Assembly (NCBI RefSeq): GCF_001545095.1
Contig: NZ_CP013213.1
Coordinates: forward strand, 2,370,001-2,402,000
Length of the DNA stretch: 32,000 nucleotides
Direction of reading: 5' to 3'
From: Erysipelothrix larvae
GTDB taxonomy: Bacteria > Bacillota_I > Bacilli_A > Erysipelotrichales > Erysipelotrichaceae
A program made the position numbers and the translations under genes. The notes beneath the pieces are model-generated. The model ran no database searches. It was not told where the DNA came from and saw nothing but the letters and a program-made list of their open reading frames with translations. This document shows positions 8,861 through 16,865 of the stretch, one piece after another; position 1 is the first letter of the stretch, and each line of letters starts with the position of its first letter.

Positions 8861-9480
8861 TTTACTTTACTCAACTCCTCTTGAATCTTTTGAAGACTCG
8901 GTTTTCCATCGACTTCATGGTGATGGCGACAACGTGCTTCATACGCTTCACTTGCACCTACAAGTACAATTGGGTCATTGTAAGATGCGGGCTTACCATT
9001 CACGAGTCGTTGTGTCCGTGTTGCAGGGCAACCACATACTGTACATACTGCAGTAAGCTTGGTTACAAACTCTGCATGGGTTAATAATGTTGGAATTACA
9101 CCAAATGGTTCGCCACGGAAATCCATATCAAGACCCGCAACCATTACACGCAATCCTTTTAAAGCTAAATAATCACAAATAGCGATAATGTTCTCATCAA
9201 AGAATTGAACTTCATCAATCGCAACTACATCAATACTGTCATCAATGTATTTTAAAACATCCAACGAATTATCAATTGGAATACTTCTTACTTGACTTCC
9301 CGCATGCGAAACTACAAATTCTTCTGCATACCGATTATCAATTGCAGGCTTGAATACCAGCACATTCTTCTTTGCAAATTGCAGTGTATTGATTCGACGA
9401 ATTAATTCTTCGGTTTTCCCTGCAAACATACAACCTGTAATTACTTCCAGATATCCTGGATTATACTGATGATACATCAT
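8857..9480 (-). CDS. tdk: Thymidine kinase
   Basis: 207 aa with P-loop [21 protein letters not shown] and the Zn-ribbon C..C...C ([13 protein letters not shown]...RCRHHH). Confidence 0.95.
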   Translation of the reverse strand: MMYHQYNPGYLEVITGCMFAGKTEELIRRINTLQFAKKNVLVFKPAIDNRYAEEFVVSHAGSQVRSIPIDNSLDVLKYIDDSIDVVAIDEVQFFDENIIAICDYLALKGLRVMVAGLDMDFRGEPFGVIPTLLTHAEFVTKLTAVCTVCGCPATRTQRLVNGKPASYNDPIVLVGASEAYEARCRHHHEVDGKPSLQKIQEELSKVK

Positions 9481-9523
9481 TTCCTTAGCACCTCTACTCT
9501 TAACTATTTTACCCTAAAAGACC

Positions 9524-9547
9524 AAAAAAAATAAGGGCTGAACCCTT
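9524..9547 (-). terminator. Rho-independent terminator of rpmE
   Basis: Minus-sense AAGGG-UUCAG-CCCUU followed by A + U8 (A-run 9524-9531 on plus). The stem overlaps the rpmE stop codon. The stem is short (5 bp). Confidence 0.55.
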
Positions 9548-9752
9548 ATTCTTTTATACCATATTTTTTGTTGAACTTATCAATACGTCCAGCTGCGGCT
9601 GCAAAACGTTGTTTTCCTGTGTAGAATGGGTGGCAATTTGAGCATGTATCAACGCGAACTTCCTTCGCAGTTGAACCAACTTCAAATTCAGCACCACATG
9701 ACGTACATACAGCTTTTATCTTATTGTATTGAGGATGAATTCCTTGTTTCAT
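9546..9752 (-). CDS. rpmE: 50S ribosomal protein L31 (Zn-ribbon type)
   Basis: [50 protein letters not shown]..., 68 aa. The start is set at the internal ATG 9750-9752, which has SD AGGAG (9764-9768). The CxxC...CxxC pair is present. Confidence 0.9.
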   Translation of the reverse strand: MKQGIHPQYNKIKAVCTSCGAEFEVGSTAKEVRVDTCSNCHPFYTGKQRFAAAAGRIDKFNKKYGIKE

Positions 9753-9773
9753 ATCGACATGTCTCCTTTTCGC

Positions 9774-9794
9774 CTTGGCTGGCCTCCAACCAAG
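9774..9794 (-). promoter_or_regulatory. 5'-UTR stem-loop of rpmE
   Basis: 9-bp stem (9774-9782/9786-9794) with a 3-nt loop, 5 nt upstream of the SD. The single non-Watson-Crick position is G.U in the minus (mRNA) sense but C.A in the plus sense, so the structure is strand-specific. Confidence 0.4.
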
Positions 9795-9808
9795 ATTTGT
9801 GCTAAACA

Positions 9809-9837
9809 ACAATACCACATCATTCACTATAAATCAA
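9809..9837 (-). promoter_or_regulatory. Candidate sigma-A promoter of rpmE
   Basis: Minus-sense TTGATT-17 nt-TATTGT with TGn extension (tgGTATTGT). The predicted TSS is near 9802, giving a ~50-nt leader that contains the hairpin. Confidence 0.5.
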
Positions 9838-9988
9838 TAGATAACCCTTGATTAATTTGAATCTCCCTCGTTAACAATCCAAACACGTCTTAGATTCAGC
9901 ACATAAGCGTAATCTTTGAAGAAATGACAATAAACTCATTTTTTTACACACTTACTTGCCTAAGTGTTACAGTGCACCACCAAATAGA

Positions 9989-10636
9989 TTATTTATTACT
10001 TATTTCATTATTTAGTTTTATCCAAAGTGCCGGTCGAACGCCTCCTTGACCATCACCATTGCGAAAAGGACCGCCAACATTCCCCTTAAATATATTGTTG
10101 CCTTGTATCCCAATGTTACCATCTCCGTGGATATACACCGCTTTGATATTATTGCGACCTGGGGAACGAAGCCACCACCACCAAACATAGCCATCTTCAC
10201 CCTCAAATCCTGCACTTCGCTTTGGATTATTCGCATCTTTTCTTTCAAACCAGTATCGCTTATTTTTTCTTGGATGATATAGATTTCCACTGCTGTCTCC
10301 AAAATAACGACATGCAACCTCTTCAATGCTCAATAGAAAGACATAATCGACTGTATCCAAACCACCTTTTGTGCCATACCATTGATTATCAAGATTCTCT
10401 ATTTGAGTCGGTATAATTTTTTGCTTCTCGATGTCAGAGAAACGATTGTAAAAATCACGATTGAGATATTGTCGCAAAGCGCAGTTTTCCCATGTCACAT
10501 CAACATACGCATCATGGTAAGCGTGTTGCTCGATGATATGTTTTGTAATGATCAACGCTGAATCGTTTTTGATATCCAGCACGTTCCATTCAAGTCCCCC
10601 AAACATCAAGGTCGAGCCGATTTCTAAATGTTTCAT
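9989..10636 (-). CDS. DUF6273-like protein (no signal peptide)
   Basis: 215 aa with FGGLEWNVLDIKNDSALIITKHII, VTWENCALRQYLNRDFYNRFS, VWWWWLRSPG and GVRPALWI. This is the motif set I associate with DUF6273 of gut Firmicutes. Its start lies 2 nt after the merR stop. Confidence 0.65.
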   Translation of the reverse strand: MKHLEIGSTLMFGGLEWNVLDIKNDSALIITKHIIEQHAYHDAYVDVTWENCALRQYLNRDFYNRFSDIEKQKIIPTQIENLDNQWYGTKGGLDTVDYVFLLSIEEVACRYFGDSSGNLYHPRKNKRYWFERKDANNPKRSAGFEGEDGYVWWWWLRSPGRNNIKAVYIHGDGNIGIQGNNIFKGNVGGPFRNGDGQGGVRPALWIKLNNEISNK

Positions 10637-10638
10637 GT

Positions 10639-11640
10639 TTACTTCTCCTTAATAGGGAACAATAAATCGAGTTGGAGGTCATTCATTGATCCATTTTGAG
10701 CATAATTATAAAAATTCAGTATTTCTTCAAATCCTTGTCCTGGAAGGGTTTCATTCGATTCCCATCGTGGTGAACCCCAATCATTGCTGTACTTATCCGA
10801 TGCATTCACCCATTCTCCCAACCGTCTCCAGTCTTCAAAATCCCACGCTCTTAGGACATGCGCTGCATAGAGACCTCCTTTGAATGTTCGTTTTATGAGC
10901 GGTTTTAATACCGTCATATCATCGGGTATTGACACCCACGTCTCATATGCCTTTGATGGAACCCCCACACCTTGAAACTCTGGTGAGCAATCAAATCCAA
11001 AGCTTCTCAGATCGGGTTTGATTTCAAGCAGATTATTTTCCGCTATGAACTTACGGACCATTTCCATTGATTTTCCTTCTGTATCTTCTCCAGTTGCTAA
11101 AGCTGCTGCAACAGTCATGGGTGGCAAATAGACAATACGGACATCATTATCTTGCATTTTCATCAGATCTTCGCTTGATTTGCCTAAATCTTCCATTGTT
11201 AAGGTTCCAATCGAGTTCTCTACTTGATTCTGTGAATAAGAAAGGGCATTAATAGAAAAAAATACACTCTCATCATCAAGAATATTTAAAGAAATATCAA
11301 CGGTATTGCTGATATCTTCGACAAACCGAACCAGAATCTCTTTTACAGTCGATAGTGCACTTATTTCTACATCCAATTCGTTAATGTTTTGTTGGAAGAT
11401 TTCCACAGTTTTTGATGCATCCTCATTTTCAAGAATCATACTGATTTGCTTAACTGGGATTCGTAGTTTGCGTAATATTATTATTTGTCTCAGCTTTTTT
11501 ATCGAAGTTTCATCATACACTCGATAAGCATACCCTTCTTTTCTATGGCTTTGAATTAATCCTGCCTTTTCATAGTACCTTAGCATTCGTGGTGATATTC
11601 CATATATTTTTGACACTTGACTTATCGTTTGTAGTTCCAT
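10639..11640 (-). CDS. MerR-family transcriptional regulator with C-terminal GyrI-like effector-binding domain
   Basis: MELQTISQVSKIYGISPRMLRYYEKAGLI is a MerR HTH, followed by a coiled-coil linker and a ~170-aa C-terminal domain of BmrR/GyrI-like type (VRIVYLPPMTVAA...GGLYAAHV). The start is set at ATG 11638-11640 (SD GAGAGG at 11647-11652) rather than the TTG at 11655. Confidence 0.85.
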   Translation of the reverse strand: MELQTISQVSKIYGISPRMLRYYEKAGLIQSHRKEGYAYRVYDETSIKKLRQIIILRKLRIPVKQISMILENEDASKTVEIFQQNINELDVEISALSTVKEILVRFVEDISNTVDISLNILDDESVFFSINALSYSQNQVENSIGTLTMEDLGKSSEDLMKMQDNDVRIVYLPPMTVAAALATGEDTEGKSMEMVRKFIAENNLLEIKPDLRSFGFDCSPEFQGVGVPSKAYETWVSIPDDMTVLKPLIKRTFKGGLYAAHVLRAWDFEDWRRLGEWVNASDKYSNDWGSPRWESNETLPGQGFEEILNFYNYAQNGSMNDLQLDLLFPIKEK

Positions 11641-11667
11641 GTTAATACCTCTCAATCTGATGTACCC

Positions 11668-11698
11668 ATTATAAAGTATGACACGGTGTTCTAGTCAA
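11668..11698 (-). promoter_or_regulatory. MerR-type promoter (19-bp spacer) of the merR-DUF6273 operon
   Basis: Minus-sense TTGACT-agaacaccgtgtcatactt-TATAAT. Both hexamers are near-consensus and separated by 19 nt, the over-long spacer characteristic of MerR-activated promoters. A short dyad ACAC-c-GTGT lies in the spacer. Confidence 0.6.
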
Positions 11699-11705
11699 TT
11701 AATTT

Positions 11706-11756
11706 ATAAAAAAAATCTATTTGAATCCGTTAATCAATAACTGCATCAAATAGATT
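11706..11756 (-). terminator. Rho-independent terminator after the fucO remnant / end of the glycosidase operon
   Basis: AATCTATTTGA (11714-11724) pairs with TCAAATAGATT (11746-11756): an 11-bp perfect stem with a 21-nt loop. In the minus sense it is followed by U8 (A-run 11708-11715, which overlaps the stem base by 2 nt). Confidence 0.7.
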
Positions 11757-11766
11757 GAATTAACAA

Positions 11767-11939
11767 TTACATTAAAGCCTTGTATAAACCAATGATTTCT
11801 TCAATGTTTGTTTCTCTTGGGTTCCCTGGTGTACATACATCTCTGAATGCATCTTCAGCAATCTTATCAAGATCCTCTGCCTTAACGCCTAATCCTGAGA
11901 TTGTTGCAGGAATTCCTACATCTTTGATTATTTTATCAA
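11767..11939 (-). pseudogene. 3'-terminal fragment (~57 codons) of a lactaldehyde reductase (fucO) allele
   Basis: It encodes DKIIKDVGIPATISGLGVKAEDLDKIAEDAFRDVCTPGNPRETNIEEIIGLYKALM*. The intact fucO C-terminus at 23617-23789 reads DKLSKDVGIPATISELGVKAEDLDKIAEDAFRDVCTPGNPRETNIEEIIGLYKALM*. No upstream fucO sequence is present; the M of the 74-aa track ORF is fortuitous. Confidence 0.88.
11768..11939. repeat. Direct repeat copy A (fucO 3' end)
   Basis: Aligns without gaps to 23618-23789 (offset 11850). I count 5 mismatches in the first 159 positions (11782, 11788, 11827, 11894, 11914) and 4 more in the last 13 positions. Similarity is lost beyond 11940. Confidence 0.9.
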
Positions 11940-14491
11940 CTTTTCCTAATGTAAAATTCATGTTCTCCAGGCCCAAGTAAATGTTCTTCATTATTCGGTA
12001 AAACTAACTTTGCATTCGCGTTAAAAGGAACTGTAATTTTGAACTGTAAATTTAGTTTATTATCATAGCCCCAATAACTTTTATATAACCCATATTCTGA
12101 TTCAAAACTGCTATCAATATACTGGAGAGATTGATGAGGATTTGGTCTTATGGTCATAAAAGTTTCTTCACTCATATCTGGATTAAATCCGCAGACTTGC
12201 TGATACATCCATTGTGCAATACTACCATATGCGTAATGGTTCATACTATTCATTTGTGTTCCACTTATTGAACCATCAGAATTTAAAGAATTCCACCTTT
12301 CCCATATGGTTGTAGCCCCCAGATTGACTTGATATAACCAGCTAGGATATCCTTCATTAAGCAGTAATTTGTATGCGAGATCATTTCTGCCAACACTTGT
12401 TAGTGCGGGGCAAATTAGATGAGTCCCAAGAAATCCAGTGTTTATGTATCCATTATTATCTTCAATTTCTTTTACAATCCCTGCTTTGAGTTTATGCTCT
12501 GATTTCTCAGGATAAAGTCCAGTGTGAATTAGAGTAGCAAATGCAGTTTGTGTTGGTTCAATGACTAAGCTTCCACTAGTATCAAAATAAAAATCAATAA
12601 AAGCTGATTTAATGTTGGCCGCTAGTTCTTTAAATTCATTTTCTCTTTCATCGCCTAACTCTCGCGCTGCTTTCCAACATAAATTTACTGACAGATAATA
12701 ATATGAAGACGCCAAAAATTGAATGTCTGTCTTTCCTATTGGATTGTTTATATTTCCATTATCCAAAGCCAACCAATCACCAAGATGCTTGTCATTTTGC
12801 CATAGATAAGAAACACTATTTTCATTAACCCTTTGAGTAACATAATCTACCCAACCTGTCATCATACTATAGTTTTCACTCAGCATTTTTTTATCTCCAT
12901 AAATCTCGTATAAAGTCCAAGGAAGAACAGTTGCCACATCACCCCAACCACACGCTCCATTTGTTATATAGAAGGGGTTTATCCCATCATGTTTAGGGAT
13001 TTTCGGCAAAGGAGAAAAGAATGGAATTGATCCATCAAGTAGTTTTTGTTCTTCTCTAAGACTTCGTAAGTAGTGTCTGAAGAAGGCTTGACTATTCATG
13101 TGAAAACATGCGGATTTTGCAAAAACTGTAACATCACCTGTCCAACCTACTCTTTCGTCTCTCTGCGGACAATCAGTTGGTATATCTAGAAAATTACATC
13201 TTTGTGATCGCATCGTATTTTCAATTAATTGATTGACTTTAAAGCTTGCAGTCTTTATAGTTCCTGTTTGCTCTATTTTTGACATTATGTGAAATCCAGT
13301 AAAGTCTATATTATCTATACTATCTGTGCTTTGAACTTTTGCATATCTGAACCCATAATATGTAAAATGAGGTCTTACTATCTCATTATTTCCATTAGAT
13401 ATATATGAGAACTCTGCTTTTGCACTTCTAAGATTATCATTATAAAATTCATTGTTTTGAAGTAATTCACCATACTGTACTTCTACTTTTTGGCCATGTT
13501 TTAGTTTGCCTTTTAACTCAATCCAACCGGTTATCATTTCGCCAAAATCTAATATCAAATACCCATCCTCATGCATAGTTTTTTTTATAGGTTTGATAGA
13601 TTTTTCTTTAATTACAGGTGGATTCGAACGTTCAATTAGCAGCTCCTTAGAATCATCGAACTCAATAACATTTATTGTCTTACAGTTTAGAGTTGTATTG
13701 ATGTGTTCACCTTTGTAAATTCCATTAGATAAAACATATGATTCCTTTGCTTCCCATGTCTTATCAGTGATAATTACATCTTCTTTCCCAGAGTGATATG
13801 TTACTCTTAATTCCGCAATGCACTTTTTAGTATCACCATATATATTTGGTCTGTTTTCATCAAATCCAAATTCACCTTTATACCATCCCTCACCTAATAT
13901 AATAGATAGAAGATTTTCACCTTCAATAAATTGATTCGTTACGTCATAGGTTTGATATTCATTAATCAAATCATATGAATGATACCCCGGTTGAAGATAT
14001 TCATCTCCTACCTTTGTATTATTCAAATACGCCTCATATAACCCAACACCATAAATATATAGTCTTGCATTTAATACATTGTCATCTATACAGAAATTTT
14101 TGAACAGTATTGGCATTCTATTTGAATCATCTACAACCCCTATCCATTTTGCTATCCAAGGATCTTTAATTTTACCTGTTTCAAACCAAGTAGTTTCACT
14201 CCATACCTCTTCTGAATCAGTTTTGATATACACTCGCCAATAATAACGAGTGTAAGCAGACAATGATAAATCTACATATATGTTTGGTAGTGGATAAGAC
14301 ACAAGTTTACCACTATCAAATACTGTATATTTCATTTCTGAATCTAAAGACACTTGTACCTGGGTGATCAAACTATTCTTTCCGATTGCACCCTTCACTT
14401 TCCAGGACAATTTTATGTACGGAAAATCATTTCCAAGTGGCCTATCAATTTGATTGGTTTTCAGACCATAGATTTTAATTCCTTGAGTCAT
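11936..14491 (-). CDS. Alpha-L-rhamnosidase, glycoside hydrolase family 78 (cytoplasmic)
   Basis: 851 aa with the N-terminal block ARLYIYGVGLYEAYLNNTKVGDEYLQPGYHSYD and the catalytic-domain motif DIPTDCPQRDERVGWTGD, both typical of bacterial GH78. No signal peptide. The start overlaps the GH3 stop (TAATG). Confidence 0.9.
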   Translation of the reverse strand: MTQGIKIYGLKTNQIDRPLGNDFPYIKLSWKVKGAIGKNSLITQVQVSLDSEMKYTVFDSGKLVSYPLPNIYVDLSLSAYTRYYWRVYIKTDSEEVWSETTWFETGKIKDPWIAKWIGVVDDSNRMPILFKNFCIDDNVLNARLYIYGVGLYEAYLNNTKVGDEYLQPGYHSYDLINEYQTYDVTNQFIEGENLLSIILGEGWYKGEFGFDENRPNIYGDTKKCIAELRVTYHSGKEDVIITDKTWEAKESYVLSNGIYKGEHINTTLNCKTINVIEFDDSKELLIERSNPPVIKEKSIKPIKKTMHEDGYLILDFGEMITGWIELKGKLKHGQKVEVQYGELLQNNEFYNDNLRSAKAEFSYISNGNNEIVRPHFTYYGFRYAKVQSTDSIDNIDFTGFHIMSKIEQTGTIKTASFKVNQLIENTMRSQRCNFLDIPTDCPQRDERVGWTGDVTVFAKSACFHMNSQAFFRHYLRSLREEQKLLDGSIPFFSPLPKIPKHDGINPFYITNGACGWGDVATVLPWTLYEIYGDKKMLSENYSMMTGWVDYVTQRVNENSVSYLWQNDKHLGDWLALDNGNINNPIGKTDIQFLASSYYYLSVNLCWKAARELGDERENEFKELAANIKSAFIDFYFDTSGSLVIEPTQTAFATLIHTGLYPEKSEHKLKAGIVKEIEDNNGYINTGFLGTHLICPALTSVGRNDLAYKLLLNEGYPSWLYQVNLGATTIWERWNSLNSDGSISGTQMNSMNHYAYGSIAQWMYQQVCGFNPDMSEETFMTIRPNPHQSLQYIDSSFESEYGLYKSYWGYDNKLNLQFKITVPFNANAKLVLPNNEEHLLGPGEHEFYIRKS

Positions 14492-16173
14492 TAGTATTTT
14501 AATTCCTTTCTACCACAGAAAGGATCAATAGGATTATTACCTTTAAAGTCACTATCTCCTAAGACTTTTTTTACAACCATCTCAATGACATAATCATTAT
14601 TTGAATATGCGTTTATATAGGTTTTTATCATGGGTACATCAAACAGATGGTAAGGGTTGGCAAGACTAATGAAAATCACAGGTATTTCACCTGCAAACCA
14701 AGGTATATTATTCCCCTGTCCCCAAAACGTGTACCAATTAATCCTATTGGTTGTCTTATTACTTGCATTCTCTACATTCCCCATGTAAATGACTAAATCA
14801 TATTTTTCTTTTAGGTCTCTCACATTATCGACACCATTATTAAAATTCTCTTTTTCATAAAGGATGACATTGAATCCCGACTTTTCTAATTCTAGTTTTG
14901 TTTTCTTAATTACCCTTTCATTAGAATCAAAATCACCAATTACTTCAAGTAATACATTCTTATATCTGTCAGAATTGATTGGCAATAAATTCTGTGTATC
15001 TTTCACTAAAGTAATTGATTGATCAGCAAGTTGAATTGCCCATTCAATATGTTTTTTACATTTTAGAACATTCAACCCTTCTATAGGTGGTATCAATGTG
15101 CCATTAGTTTGCTTTTCATTCAATTTCATACTTGCTTTTAAAGCTAAGATTCTTCTGTTAGCAGCTAATAATCTTTCTTCAGATAATAATCCATTTTTAT
15201 ATCCTGATAGCATAAATTTGTAATCTTCTTCCAAGTCTTTATTAAAAAGGAACATGTCGCATCCGTTTTCTATAGCTGTCGGCACTGAAATGTTTCGTGG
15301 CATTGCAGAAGCAAAGCCAACCATAGGCGTAGCGTCAGAAATGATTAAACCATTGAACTTAAGTTTATCCCTCAATAGATTGTTTAGTAATTCTTTTGAC
15401 AATGAAGCGGGAATAATTTTGTCTTTATCTTCTTTGTTGAAATAGGTCTGGTATGCAGGAAGGGCAATATGTCCAGCCATGATAGTTTTAGCACCTGATT
15501 TAATCATTCCCTCATACACTATTCCAAATGTATTATCCCATTCTTGAATAGATAAATGATTAACTGAAGTTAGCAAGTGCTGATCTCTTTCATCAATACC
15601 ATCTCCAGGAAAATGTTTGACAGACACTTCAACATTATTTTCATGAGCTGCTCGCATATATTCTTTAGCATAGTCTAAGACAACTTTGGGGTCGTTTCCA
15701 TAAGTTCGAACATTTGTAATCGGATTTCTAAACTCAAAGTCAATATCTACCACCGGAGCAAACGCCCAGTTTATCCCTAAAGACGCTGCTTCTATACTAG
15801 AAACTTGACCCAAACGGTAAGCATATTTCTTATCTCCTGCTGCAGCACACGCCATTTGCTTTCCAAAAGGGGTTCCATCAATTGCTGCCCCATCTCCCCC
15901 TGCTTCTATATTAGAAGGTATTAATAAAGGTATCTTACTGTGCTTTTGAACGAAAGAGAATGTGTTGTACATTTCCTCACCAACTCCGTCTCTAAAAAAT
16001 AGTCCTCCAATATGAAAATTCAACAATGAATTTAGATACTCAGGATTTGTGGAATATCCTATAGGACAAAATAATTGCCCTATCTTTTCCTCAAGCGTCA
16101 TTTTATTCAAGGTGTTTTCTACCCACTCAACTTCTTTATTTGTTAAATTAAATGGTTCCATTTTTAAATTCAT
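14491..16173 (-). CDS. Glycoside hydrolase family 3, NagZ/YbbD-like subfamily (beta-hexosaminidase/beta-glucosidase or phosphorylase)
   Basis: 560 aa. KHFPGDGIDERDQH has the same spacing as B. subtilis NagZ KHFPGHGDTDVDSH (Asp-His dyad). The nucleophile context is FNGLIISDATPM. It has two domains and no signal peptide. SD AGGAGA is present. Confidence 0.85.
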   Translation of the reverse strand: MNLKMEPFNLTNKEVEWVENTLNKMTLEEKIGQLFCPIGYSTNPEYLNSLLNFHIGGLFFRDGVGEEMYNTFSFVQKHSKIPLLIPSNIEAGGDGAAIDGTPFGKQMACAAAGDKKYAYRLGQVSSIEAASLGINWAFAPVVDIDFEFRNPITNVRTYGNDPKVVLDYAKEYMRAAHENNVEVSVKHFPGDGIDERDQHLLTSVNHLSIQEWDNTFGIVYEGMIKSGAKTIMAGHIALPAYQTYFNKEDKDKIIPASLSKELLNNLLRDKLKFNGLIISDATPMVGFASAMPRNISVPTAIENGCDMFLFNKDLEEDYKFMLSGYKNGLLSEERLLAANRRILALKASMKLNEKQTNGTLIPPIEGLNVLKCKKHIEWAIQLADQSITLVKDTQNLLPINSDRYKNVLLEVIGDFDSNERVIKKTKLELEKSGFNVILYEKENFNNGVDNVRDLKEKYDLVIYMGNVENASNKTTNRINWYTFWGQGNNIPWFAGEIPVIFISLANPYHLFDVPMIKTYINAYSNNDYVIEMVVKKVLGDSDFKGNNPIDPFCGRKELKY

Positions 16174-16226
16174 TATTATTCTCCTTATATATGCATTCAG
16201 CCAAAGAATTTATCCTTGGCCGAATA

Positions 16227-16865
16227 TTAAAACAATATTTTTAATATATCTTTAATTGAACTCAGTTTGTAAGTAGTTTTACAATATGAAGCTGCTTCTC
16301 CGATTCCTGCGCAGTCAATCCCGCCATCAAGTGCAGCATCTATTCCAGCTACAGCATCTTCTACAACAAGACATTCGGAAACATTTACCCCTAATCGTTG
16401 TGCAGCTTTTGTAAACACTTCTGGATTTGGCTTAGAATAAGTAATATCTGTCCCATCACATATAACACTAAAGCTATTCATTATCCCTAATTGCTTCAAG
16501 ATAAACTTAGCATTTTTACTCGACGAACCAATTGCTAACATAACTCCTTTAGCACTCAAGCTCTCTATGGTTTCGCTAACTTCTGGAGATAAATTTGATT
16601 TGTCAATTTGCTTTAGTAACTCAATGTAAATCTTATTTTTTTTATCAGCAATTAATTCTTTTTCTTCAAGAGAGAGCACAACTTCATTTTTTTTAAGTAT
16701 AATATCGAGACTTTCCATTCTACTAATACCTCGTAATCTATTGTTGATACTCTCATCAAAGTGTACATCCAAATCATCAGCAATTTGCTTCCATGCAATA
16801 AAATGGTATTCATCTGTAGAACAAATTACTCCATCTAGATCAAATATTACAGCTTTATATTTCAT
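16227..16865 (-). CDS. pgmB: Beta-phosphoglucomutase (HAD superfamily)
   Basis: 212 aa. MKYKAVIFDLDGVICSTDEYHFIAWKQIA, LRGISRMESL, IGSSSKNA and VVEDAVAGIDAALDGG track Lactococcus lactis beta-PGM (FDLDGVITDT..YHFRAW, LKGVSREDSL, ASASKNG, GLEDSQAGIQAIKDSG). The start overlaps the upstream permease stop by 11 nt. Confidence 0.85.
   Translation of the reverse strand: MKYKAVIFDLDGVICSTDEYHFIAWKQIADDLDVHFDESINNRLRGISRMESLDIILKKNEVVLSLEEKELIADKKNKIYIELLKQIDKSNLSPEVSETIESLSAKGVMLAIGSSSKNAKFILKQLGIMNSFSVICDGTDITYSKPNPEVFTKAAQRLGVNVSECLVVEDAVAGIDAALDGGIDCAGIGEAASYCKTTYKLSSIKDILKILF

Noticed and set aside
9753-9827. N-terminal 25-codon extension of the L31 ORF (track ORF 9546-9827, [25 protein letters not shown]...)
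   Set aside because: L31 proteins start MKxGIHP. The internal ATG at 9750-9752 has a good SD (AGGAG). The extension overlaps the predicted promoter and leader hairpin and has no SD of its own.
9939-9967. 7-bp hairpin ACACTTA/TAAGTGT downstream of the DUF6273 gene as its terminator
   Set aside because: In the minus (mRNA) sense the stem is followed by an A-run, not a U-run. In the plus sense the T-run precedes the stem. It therefore fits an intrinsic terminator on neither strand, and how the merR-DUF6273 transcript ends remains open.
10018-10326. 102-aa minus-strand ORF nested in the DUF6273 gene
   Set aside because: It is an alternative frame of a gene whose main frame has clear family motifs. 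It has no SD and a GGGG/RR-rich artefactual sequence.
11641-11655. TTG start giving MRGIN- extension of the MerR regulator
   Set aside because: These 15 nt contain the SD (GAGAGG) for the ATG at 11640. The MerR HTH begins right after that ATG, and the predicted TSS (~11661) leaves no room for an SD before the TTG.
11767-11991. 74-aa ORF as an independent gene
   Set aside because: Its C-terminal 57 residues are a near-copy of the FucO C-terminus. The N-terminal 17 residues are an out-of-frame read-through of the GH78 3' end. It has no SD, so it is annotated as a fucO 3' pseudogene fragment.
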